From NCBI GenBank assembly GCA_000004985.1, contig GG738894.1: DNA of 64,000 bases; one strand, 5' to 3'. Below are positions 54,501 to 64,000 of this stretch, piece after piece. Each line of letters starts with the position of its first letter. Positions within the stretch are counted from its first letter, which is position 1. A model generated the notes under the pieces. The model had not been told where the DNA came from. It made no database searches and saw nothing but the letters and a program-made list of their open reading frames with translations. The DNA is from Naegleria gruberi (taxonomy: Eukaryota). Position numbers and translations under genes: made by a program.

Positions 54501-57500
54501 NNNNNNNNNNNNNNNNNNNNNNNNNNNNNNNNNNNNNNNNNNNNNNNNNNNNNNNNNNNNNNNNNNNNNNNNNNNNNNNNNNNNNNNNNNNNNNNNNNNN
54601 NNNNNNNNNNNNNNNNNNNNNNNNNNNNNNNNNNNNNNNNNNNNNNNNNNNNNNNNNNNNNNNNNNNNNNNNNNNNNNNNNNNNNNNNNNNNNNNNNNNN
54701 NNNNNNNNNNNNNNNNNNNNNNNNNNNNNNNNNNNNNNNNNNNNNNNNNNNNNNNNNNNNNNNNNNNNNNNNNNNNNNNNNNNNNNNNNNNNNNNNNNNN
54801 NNNNNNNNNNNNNNNNNNNNNNNNNNNNNNNNNNNNNNNNNNNNNNNNNNNNNNNNNNNNNNNNNNNNNNNNNNNNNNNNNNNNNNNNNNNNNNNNNNNN
54901 NNNNNNNNNNNNNNNNNNNNNNNNNNNNNNNNNNNNNNNNNNNNNNNNNNNNNNNNNNNNNNNNNNNNNNNNNNNNNNNNNNNNNNNNNNNNNNNNNNNN
55001 NNNNNNNNNNNNNNNNNNNNNNNNNNNNNNNNNNNNNNNNNNNNNNNNNNNNNNNNNNNNNNNNNNNNNNNNNNNNNNNNNNNNNNNNNNNNNNNNNNNN
55101 NNNNNNNNNNNNNNNNNNNNNNNNNNNNNNNNNNNNNNNNNNNNNNNNNNNNNNNNNNNNNNNNNNNNNNNNNNNNNNNNNNNNNNNNNNNNNNNNNNNN
55201 NNNNNNNNNNNNNNNNNNNNNNNNNNNNNNNNNNNNNNNNNNNNNNNNNNNNNNNNNNNNNNNNNNNNNNNNNNNNNNNNNNNNNNNNNNNNNNNNNNNN
55301 NNNNNNNNNNNNNNNNNNNNNNNNNNNNNNNNNNNNNNNNNNNNNNNNNNNNNNNNNNNNNNNNNNNNNNNNNNNNNNNNNNNNNNNNNNNNNNNNNNNN
55401 NNNNNNNNNNNNNNNNNNNNNNNNNNNNNNNNNNNNNNNNNNNNNNNNNNNNNNNNNNNNNNNNNNNNNNNNNNNNNNNNNNNNNNNNNNNNNNNNNNNN
55501 NNNNNNNNNNNNNNNNNNNNNNNNNNNNNNNNNNNNNNNNNNNNNNNNNNNNNNNNNNNNNNNNNNNNNNNNNNNNNNNNNNNNNNNNNNNNNNNNNNNN
55601 NNNNNNNNNNNNNNNNNNNNNNNNNNNNNNNNNNNNNNNNNNNNNNNNNNNNNNNNNNNNNNNNNNNNNNNNNNNNNNNNNNNNNNNNNNNNNNNNNNNN
55701 NNNNNNNNNNNNNNNNNNNNNNNNNNNNNNNNNNNNNNNNNNNNNNNNNNNNNNNNNNNNNNNNNNNNNNNNNNNNNNNNNNNNNNNNNNNNNNNNNNNN
55801 NNNNNNNNNNNNNNNNNNNNNNNNNNNNNNNNNNNNNNNNNNNNNNNNNNNNNNNNNNNNNNNNNNNNNNNNNNNNNNNNNNNNNNNNNNNNNNNNNNNN
55901 NNNNNNNNNNNNNNNNNNNNNNNNNNNNNNNNNNNNNNNNNNNNNNNNNNNNNNNNNNNNNNNNNNNNNNNNNNNNNNNNNNNNNNNNNNNNNNNNNNNN
56001 NNNNNNNNNNNNNNNNNNNNNNNNNNNNNNNNNNNNNNNNNNNNNNNNNNNNNNNNNNNNNNNNNNNNNNNNNNNNNNNNNNNNNNNNNNNNNNNNNNNN
56101 NNNNNNNNNNNNNNNNNNNNNNNNNNNNNNNNNNNNNNNNNNNNNNNNNNNNNNNNNNNNNNNNNNNNNNNNNNNNNNNNNNNNNNNNNNNNNNNNNNNN
56201 NNNNNNNNNNNNNNNNNNNNNNNNNNNNNNNNNNNNNNNNNNNNNNNNNNNNNNNNNNNNNNNNNNNNNNNNNNNNNNNNNNNNNNNNNNNNNNNNNNNN
56301 NNNNNNNNNNNNNNNNNNNNNNNNNNNNNNNNNNNNNNNNNNNNNNNNNNNNNNNNNNNNNNNNNNNNNNNNNNNNNNNNNNNNNNNNNNNNNNNNNNNN
56401 NNNNNNNNNNNNNNNNNNNNNNNNNNNNNNNNNNNNNNNNNNNNNNNNNNNNNNNNNNNNNNNNNNNNNNNNNNNNNNNNNNNNNNNNNNNNNNNNNNNN
56501 NNNNNNNNNNNNNNNNNNNNNNNNNNNNNNNNNNNNNNNNNNNNNNNNNNNNNNNNNNNNNNNNNNNNNNNNNNNNNNNNNNNNNNNNNNNNNNNNNNNN
56601 NNNNNNNNNNNNNNNNNNNNNNNNNNNNNNNNNNNNNNNNNNNNNNNNNNNNNNNNNNNNNNNNNNNNNNNNNNNNNNNNNNNNNNNNNNNNNNNNNNNN
56701 NNNNNNNNNNNNNNNNNNNNNNNNNNNNNNNNNNNNNNNNNNNNNNNNNNNNNNNNNNNNNNNNNNNNNNNNNNNNNNNNNNNNNNNNNNNNNNNNNNNN
56801 NNNNNNNNNNNNNNNNNNNNNNNNNNNNNNNNNNNNNNNNNNNNNNNNNNNNNNNNNNNNNNNNNNNNNNNNNNNNNNNNNNNNNNNNNNNNNNNNNNNN
56901 NNNNNNNNNNNNNNNNNNNNNNNNNNNNNNNNNNNNNNNNNNNNNNNNNNNNNNNNNNNNNNNNNNNNNNNNNNNNNNNNNNNNNNNNNNNNNNNNNNNN
57001 NNNNNNNNNNNNNNNNNNNNNNNNNNNNNNNNNNNNNNNNNNNNNNNNNNNNNNNNNNNNNNNNNNNNNNNNNNNNNNNNNNNNNNNNNNNNNNNNNNNN
57101 NNNNNNNNNNNNNNNNNNNNNNNNNNNNNNNNNNNNNNNNNNNNNNNNNNNNNNNNNNNNNNNNNNNNNNNNNNNNNNNNNNNNNNNNNNNNNNNNNNNN
57201 NNNNNNNNNNNNNNNNNNNNNNNNNNNNNNNNNNNNNNNNNNNNNNNNNNNNNNNNNNNNNNNNNNNNNNNNNNNNNNNNNNNNNNNNNNNNNNNNNNNN
57301 NNNNNNNNNNNNNNNNNNNNNNNNNNNNNNNNNNNNNNNNNNNNNNNNNNNNNNNNNNNNNNNNNNNNNNNNNNNNNNNNNNNNNNNNNNNNNNNNNNNN
57401 NNNNNNNNNNNNNNNNNNNNNNNNNNNNNNNNNNNNNNNNNNNNNNNNNNNNNNNNNNNNNNNNNNNNNNNNNNNNNNNNNNNNNNNNNNNNNNNNNNNN

Positions 57501-60500
57501 NNNNNNNNNNNNNNNNNNNNNNNNNNNNNNNNNNNNNNNNNNNNNNNNNNNNNNNNNNNNNNNNNNNNNNNNNNNNNNNNNNNNNNNNNNNNNNNNNNNN
57601 NNNNNNNNNNNNNNNNNNNNNNNNNNNNNNNNNNNNNNNNNNNNNNNNNNNNNNNNNNNNNNNNNNNNNNNNNNNNNNNNNNNNNNNNNNNNNNNNNNNN
57701 NNNNNNNNNNNNNNNNNNNNNNNNNNNNNNNNNNNNNNNNNNNNNNNNNNNNNNNNNNNNNNNNNNNNNNNNNNNNNNNNNNNNNNNNNNNNNNNNNNNN
57801 NNNNNNNNNNNNNNNNNNNNNNNNNNNNNNNNNNNNNNNNNNNNNNNNNNNNNNNNNNNNNNNNNNNNNNNNNNNNNNNNNNNNNNNNNNNNNNNNNNNN
57901 NNNNNNNNNNNNNNNNNNNNNNNNNNNNNNNNNNNNNNNNNNNNNNNNNNNNNNNNNNNNNNNNNNNNNNNNNNNNNNNNNNNNNNNNNNNNNNNNNNNN
58001 NNNNNNNNNNNNNNNNNNNNNNNNNNNNNNNNNNNNNNNNNNNNNNNNNNNNNNNNNNNNNNNNNNNNNNNNNNNNNNNNNNNNNNNNNNNNNNNNNNNN
58101 NNNNNNNNNNNNNNNNNNNNNNNNNNNNNNNNNNNNNNNNNNNNNNNNNNNNNNNNNNNNNNNNNNNNNNNNNNNNNNNNNNNNNNNNNNNNNNNNNNNN
58201 NNNNNNNNNNNNNNNNNNNNNNNNNNNNNNNNNNNNNNNNNNNNNNNNNNNNNNNNNNNNNNNNNNNNNNNNNNNNNNNNNNNNNNNNNNNNNNNNNNNN
58301 NNNNNNNNNNNNNNNNNNNNNNNNNNNNNNNNNNNNNNNNNNNNNNNNNNNNNNNNNNNNNNNNNNNNNNNNNNNNNNNNNNNNNNNNNNNNNNNNNNNN
58401 NNNNNNNNNNNNNNNNNNNNNNNNNNNNNNNNNNNNNNNNNNNNNNNNNNNNNNNNNNNNNNNNNNNNNNNNNNNNNNNNNNNNNNNNNNNNNNNNNNNN
58501 NNNNNNNNNNNNNNNNNNNNNNNNNNNNNNNNNNNNNNNNNNNNNNNNNNNNNNNNNNNNNNNNNNNNNNNNNNNNNNNNNNNNNNNNNNNNNNNNNNNN
58601 NNNNNNNNNNNNNNNNNNNNNNNNNNNNNNNNNNNNNNNNNNNNNNNNNNNNNNNNNNNNNNNNNNNNNNNNNNNNNNNNNNNNNNNNNNNNNNNNNNNN
58701 NNNNNNNNNNNNNNNNNNNNNNNNNNNNNNNNNNNNNNNNNNNNNNNNNNNNNNNNNNNNNNNNNNNNNNNNNNNNNNNNNNNNNNNNNNNNNNNNNNNN
58801 NNNNNNNNNNNNNNNNNNNNNNNNNNNNNNNNNNNNNNNNNNNNNNNNNNNNNNNNNNNNNNNNNNNNNNNNNNNNNNNNNNNNNNNNNNNNNNNNNNNN
58901 NNNNNNNNNNNNNNNNNNNNNNNNNNNNNNNNNNNNNNNNNNNNNNNNNNNNNNNNNNNNNNNNNNNNNNNNNNNNNNNNNNNNNNNNNNNNNNNNNNNN
59001 NNNNNNNNNNNNNNNNNNNNNNNNNNNNNNNNNNNNNNNNNNNNNNNNNNNNNNNNNNNNNNNNNNNNNNNNNNNNNNNNNNNNNNNNNNNNNNNNNNNN
59101 NNNNNNNNNNNNNNNNNNNNNNNNNNNNNNNNNNNNNNNNNNNNNNNNNNNNNNNNNNNNNNNNNNNNNNNNNNNNNNNNNNNNNNNNNNNNNNNNNNNN
59201 NNNNNNNNNNNNNNNNNNNNNNNNNNNNNNNNNNNNNNNNNNNNNNNNNNNNNNNNNNNNNNNNNNNNNNNNNNNNNNNNNNNNNNNNNNNNNNNNNNNN
59301 NNNNNNNNNNNNNNNNNNNNNNNNNNNNNNNNNNNNNNNNNNNNNNNNNNNNNNNNNNNNNNNNNNNNNNNNNNNNNNNNNNNNNNNNNNNNNNNNNNNN
59401 NNNNNNNNNNNNNNNNNNNNNNNNNNNNNNNNNNNNNNNNNNNNNNNNNNNNNNNNNNNNNNNNNNNNNNNNNNNNNNNNNNNNNNNNNNNNNNNNNNNN
59501 NNNNNNNNNNNNNNNNNNNNNNNNNNNNNNNNNNNNNNNNNNNNNNNNNNNNNNNNNNNNNNNNNNNNNNNNNNNNNNNNNNNNNNNNNNNNNNNNNNNN
59601 NNNNNNNNNNNNNNNNNNNNNNNNNNNNNNNNNNNNNNNNNNNNNNNNNNNNNNNNNNNNNNNNNNNNNNNNNNNNNNNNNNNNNNNNNNNNNNNNNNNN
59701 NNNNNNNNNNNNNNNNNNNNNNNNNNNNNNNNNNNNNNNNNNNNNNNNNNNNNNNNNNNNNNNNNNNNNNNNNNNNNNNNNNNNNNNNNNNNNNNNNNNN
59801 NNNNNNNNNNNNNNNNNNNNNNNNNNNNNNNNNNNNNNNNNNNNNNNNNNNNNNNNNNNNNNNNNNNNNNNNNNNNNNNNNNNNNNNNNNNNNNNNNNNN
59901 NNNNNNNNNNNNNNNNNNNNNNNNNNNNNNNNNNNNNNNNNNNNNNNNNNNNNNNNNNNNNNNNNNNNNNNNNNNNNNNNNNNNNNNNNNNNNNNNNNNN
60001 NNNNNNNNNNNNNNNNNNNNNNNNNNNNNNNNNNNNNNNNNNNNNNNNNNNNNNNNNNNNNNNNNNNNNNNNNNNNNNNNNNNNNNNNNNNNNNNNNNNN
60101 NNNNNNNNNNNNNNNNNNNNNNNNNNNNNNNNNNNNNNNNNNNNNNNNNNNNNNNNNNNNNNNNNNNNNNNNNNNNNNNNNNNNNNNNNNNNNNNNNNNN
60201 NNNNNNNNNNNNNNNNNNNNNNNNNNNNNNNNNNNNNNNNNNNNNNNNNNNNNNNNNNNNNNNNNNNNNNNNNNNNNNNNNNNNNNNNNNNNNNNNNNNN
60301 NNNNNNNNNNNNNNNNNNNNNNNNNNNNNNNNNNNNNNNNNNNNNNNNNNNNNNNNNNNNNNNNNNNNNNNNNNNNNNNNNNNNNNNNNNNNNNNNNNNN
60401 NNNNNNNNNNNNNNNNNNNNNNNNNNNNNNNNNNNNNNNNNNNNNNNNNNNNNNNNNNNNNNNNNNNNNNNNNNNNNNNNNNNNNNNNNNNNNNNNNNNN

Positions 60501-63500
60501 NNNNNNNNNNNNNNNNNNNNNNNNNNNNNNNNNNNNNNNNNNNNNNNNNNNNNNNNNNNNNNNNNNNNNNNNNNNNNNNNNNNNNNNNNNNNNNNNNNNN
60601 NNNNNNNNNNNNNNNNNNNNNNNNNNNNNNNNNNNNNNNNNNNNNNNNNNNNNNNNNNNNNNNNNNNNNNNNNNNNNNNNNNNNNNNNNNNNNNNNNNNN
60701 NNNNNNNNNNNNNNNNNNNNNNNNNNNNNNNNNNNNNNNNNNNNNNNNNNNNNNNNNNNNNNNNNNNNNNNNNNNNNNNNNNNNNNNNNNNNNNNNNNNN
60801 NNNNNNNNNNNNNNNNNNNNNNNNNNNNNNNNNNNNNNNNNNNNNNNNNNNNNNNNNNNNNNNNNNNNNNNNNNNNNNNNNNNNNNNNNNNNNNNNNNNN
60901 NNNNNNNNNNNNNNNNNNNNNNNNNNNNNNNNNNNNNNNNNNNNNNNNNNNNNNNNNNNNNNNNNNNNNNNNNNNNNNNNNNNNNNNNNNNNNNNNNNNN
61001 NNNNNNNNNNNNNNNNNNNNNNNNNNNNNNNNNNNNNNNNNNNNNNNNNNNNNNNNNNNNNNNNNNNNNNNNNNNNNNNNNNNNNNNNNNNNNNNNNNNN
61101 NNNNNNNNNNNNNNNNNNNNNNNNNNNNNNNNNNNNNNNNNNNNNNNNNNNNNNNNNNNNNNNNNNNNNNNNNNNNNNNNNNNNNNNNNNNNNNNNNNNN
61201 NNNNNNNNNNNNNNNNNNNNNNNNNNNNNNNNNNNNNNNNNNNNNNNNNNNNNNNNNNNNNNNNNNNNNNNNNNNNNNNNNNNNNNNNNNNNNNNNNNNN
61301 NNNNNNNNNNNNNNNNNNNNNNNNNNNNNNNNNNNNNNNNNNNNNNNNNNNNNNNNNNNNNNNNNNNNNNNNNNNNNNNNNNNNNNNNNNNNNNNNNNNN
61401 NNNNNNNNNNNNNNNNNNNNNNNNNNNNNNNNNNNNNNNNNNNNNNNNNNNNNNNNNNNNNNNNNNNNNNNNNNNNNNNNNNNNNNNNNNNNNNNNNNNN
61501 NNNNNNNNNNNNNNNNNNNNNNNNNNNNNNNNNNNNNNNNNNNNNNNNNNNNNNNNNNNNNNNNNNNNNNNNNNNNNNNNNNNNNNNNNNNNNNNNNNNN
61601 NNNNNNNNNNNNNNNNNNNNNNNNNNNNNNNNNNNNNNNNNNNNNNNNNNNNNNNNNNNNNNNNNNNNNNNNNNNNNNNNNNNNNNNNNNNNNNNNNNNN
61701 NNNNNNNNNNNNNNNNNNNNNNNNNNNNNNNNNNNNNNNNNNNNNNNNNNNNNNNNNNNNNNNNNNNNNNNNNNNNNNNNNNNNNNNNNNNNNNNNNNNN
61801 NNNNNNNNNNNNNNNNNNNNNNNNNNNNNNNNNNNNNNNNNNNNNNNNNNNNNNNNNNNNNNNNNNNNNNNNNNNNNNNNNNNNNNNNNNNNNNNNNNNN
61901 NNNNNNNNNNNNNNNNNNNNNNNNNNNNNNNNNNNNNNNNNNNNNNNNNNNNNNNNNNNNNNNNNNNNNNNNNNNNNNNNNNNNNNNNNNNNNNNNNNNN
62001 NNNNNNNNNNNNNNNNNNNNNNNNNNNNNNNNNNNNNNNNNNNNNNNNNNNNNNNNNNNNNNNNNNNNNNNNNNNNNNNNNNNNNNNNNNNNNNNNNNNN
62101 NNNNNNNNNNNNNNNNNNNNNNNNNNNNNNNNNNNNNNNNNNNNNNNNNNNNNNNNNNNNNNNNNNNNNNNNNNNNNNNNNNNNNNNNNNNNNNNNNNNN
62201 NNNNNNNNNNNNNNNNNNNNNNNNNNNNNNNNNNNNNNNNNNNNNNNNNNNNNNNNNNNNNNNNNNNNNNNNNNNNNNNNNNNNNNNNNNNNNNNNNNNN
62301 NNNNNNNNNNNNNNNNNNNNNNNNNNNNNNNNNNNNNNNNNNNNNNNNNNNNNNNNNNNNNNNNNNNNNNNNNNNNNNNNNNNNNNNNNNNNNNNNNNNN
62401 NNNNNNNNNNNNNNNNNNNNNNNNNNNNNNNNNNNNNNNNNNNNNNNNNNNNNNNNNNNNNNNNNNNNNNNNNNNNNNNNNNNNNNNNNNNNNNNNNNNN
62501 NNNNNNNNNNNNNNNNNNNNNNNNNNNNNNNNNNNNNNNNNNNNNNNNNNNNNNNNNNNNNNNNNNNNNNNNNNNNNNNNNNNNNNNNNNNNNNNNNNNN
62601 NNNNNNNNNNNNNNNNNNNNNNNNNNNNNNNNNNNNNNNNNNNNNNNNNNNNNNNNNNNNNNNNNNNNNNNNNNNNNNNNNNNNNNNNNNNNNNNNNNNN
62701 NNNNNNNNNNNNNNNNNNNNNNNNNNNNNNNNNNNNNNNNNNNNNNNNNNNNNNNNNNNNNNNNNNNNNNNNNNNNNNNNNNNNNNNNNNNNNNNNNNNN
62801 NNNNNNNNNNNNNNNNNNNNNNNNNNNNNNNNNNNNNNNNNNNNNNNNNNNNNNNNNNNNNNNNNNNNNNNNNNNNNNNNNNNNNNNNNNNNNNNNNNNN
62901 NNNNNNNNNNNNNNNNNNNNNNNNNNNNNNNNNNNNNNNNNNNNNNNNNNNNNNNNNNNNNNNNNNNNNNNNNNNNNNNNNNNNNNNNNNNNNNNNNNNN
63001 NNNNNNNNNNNNNNNNNNNNNNNNNNNNNNNNNNNNNNNNNNNNNNNNNNNNNNNNNNNNNNNNNNNNNNNNNNNNNNNNNNNNNNNNNNNNNNNNNNNN
63101 NNNNNNNNNNNNNNNNNNNNNNNNNNNNNNNNNNNNNNNNNNNNNNNNNNNNNNNNNNNNNNNNNNNNNNNNNNNNNNNNNNNNNNNNNNNNNNNNNNNN
63201 NNNNNNNNNNNNNNNNNNNNNNNNNNNNNNNNNNNNNNNNNNNNNNNNNNNNNNNNNNNNNNNNNNNNNNNNNNNNNNNNNNNNNNNNNNNNNNNNNNNN
63301 NNNNNNNNNNNNNNNNNNNNNNNNNNNNNNNNNNNNNNNNNNNNNNNNNNNNNNNNNNNNNNNNNNNNNNNNNNNNNNNNNNNNNNNNNNNNNNNNNNNN
63401 NNNNNNNNNNNNNNNNNNNNNNNNNNNNNNNNNNNNNNNNNNNNNNNNNNNNNNNNNNNNNNNNNNNNNNNNNNNNNNNNNNNNNNNNNNNNNNNNNNNN

Positions 63501-64000
63501 NNNNNNNNNNNNNNNNNNNNNNNNNNNNNNNNNNNNNNNNNNNNNNNNNNNNNNNNNNNNNNNNNNNNNNNNNNNNNNNNNNNNNNNNNNNNNNNNNNNN
63601 NNNNNNNNNNNNNNNNNNNNNNNNNNNNNNNNNNNNNNNNNNNNNNNNNNNNNNNNNNNNNNNNNNNNNNNNNNNNNNNNNNNNNNNNNNNNNNNNNNNN
63701 NNNNNNNNNNNNNNNNNNNNNNNNNNNNNNNNNNNNNNNNNNNNNNNNNNNNNNNNNNNNNNNNNNNNNNNNNNNNNNNNNNNNNNNNNNNNNNNNNNNN
63801 NNNNNNNNNNNNNNNNNNNNNNNNNNNNNNNNNNNNNNNNNNNNNNNNNNNNNNNNNNNNNNNNNNNNNNNNNNNNNNNNNNNNNNNNNNNNNNNNNNNN
63901 NNNNNNNNNNNNNNNNNNNNNNNNNNNNNNNNNNNNNNNNNNNNNNNNNNNNNNNNNNNNNNNNNNNNNNNNNNNNNNNNNNNNNNNNNNNNNNNNNNNN
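24509..64000. other. Assembly gap or padding (39,492 N); no sequence information
   Basis: A continuous N run to the end of the window. Confidence 1.

Overview
Only positions 1 to 24,508 contain sequence. Positions 24,509 to 64,000 are an N run, and a 50-N gap sits at 22,983-23,032. The readable 24.5 kb is AT-rich (roughly one-third GC) eukaryotic nuclear DNA, gene-dense, with very short GT-AG introns of 43-94 nt with GTAAGT-like donors and YAG acceptors. It is not prokaryotic, and I found no CRISPR array, defence operon or mobile element. The 5S rRNA sequence and the protein repertoire suggest an amoebozoan or dictyostelid-like protist. The repertoire includes an N-rich low-complexity protein, an F-box-like/LRR protein, an EGF-repeat giant membrane protein, a GPS-7TM receptor and an ABCB half-transporter. 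The organism assignment is inference only. Protein genes: a 5'-partial USP-type deubiquitinase, ribosomal protein L30e (2 exons), a PPIH-type (U4/U6 snRNP) cyclophilin, a PQPF-repeat lectin-like protein, three unassigned ORFs, a C-terminal ORF with PI31-like RFDP...NPDH..PP motifs, an EF-2 paralog, an LRR protein built from 72-bp tandem repeats, a ~1,100-aa NHL-like + EGF-repeat + TM protein (3 exons), an ABCB half-transporter (4 exons) and a GPS/7TM receptor gene truncated by both gaps. RNA genes: three dispersed 5S rRNA genes on the + strand, two sharing a ~75-bp 5' flank, one internally deleted 5S relic, and one tRNA-Ala(AGC). The items most worth follow-up are the dispersed 5S family with its relic, the EF-2 paralog (intact diphthamide His, none of the Thr residues human eEF2 kinase phosphorylates), and a GC-rich structured element with a T8 terminator at 4,131-4,369 that may be a Pol III ncRNA. 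All protein similarities are from reading the translations, not from database searches.
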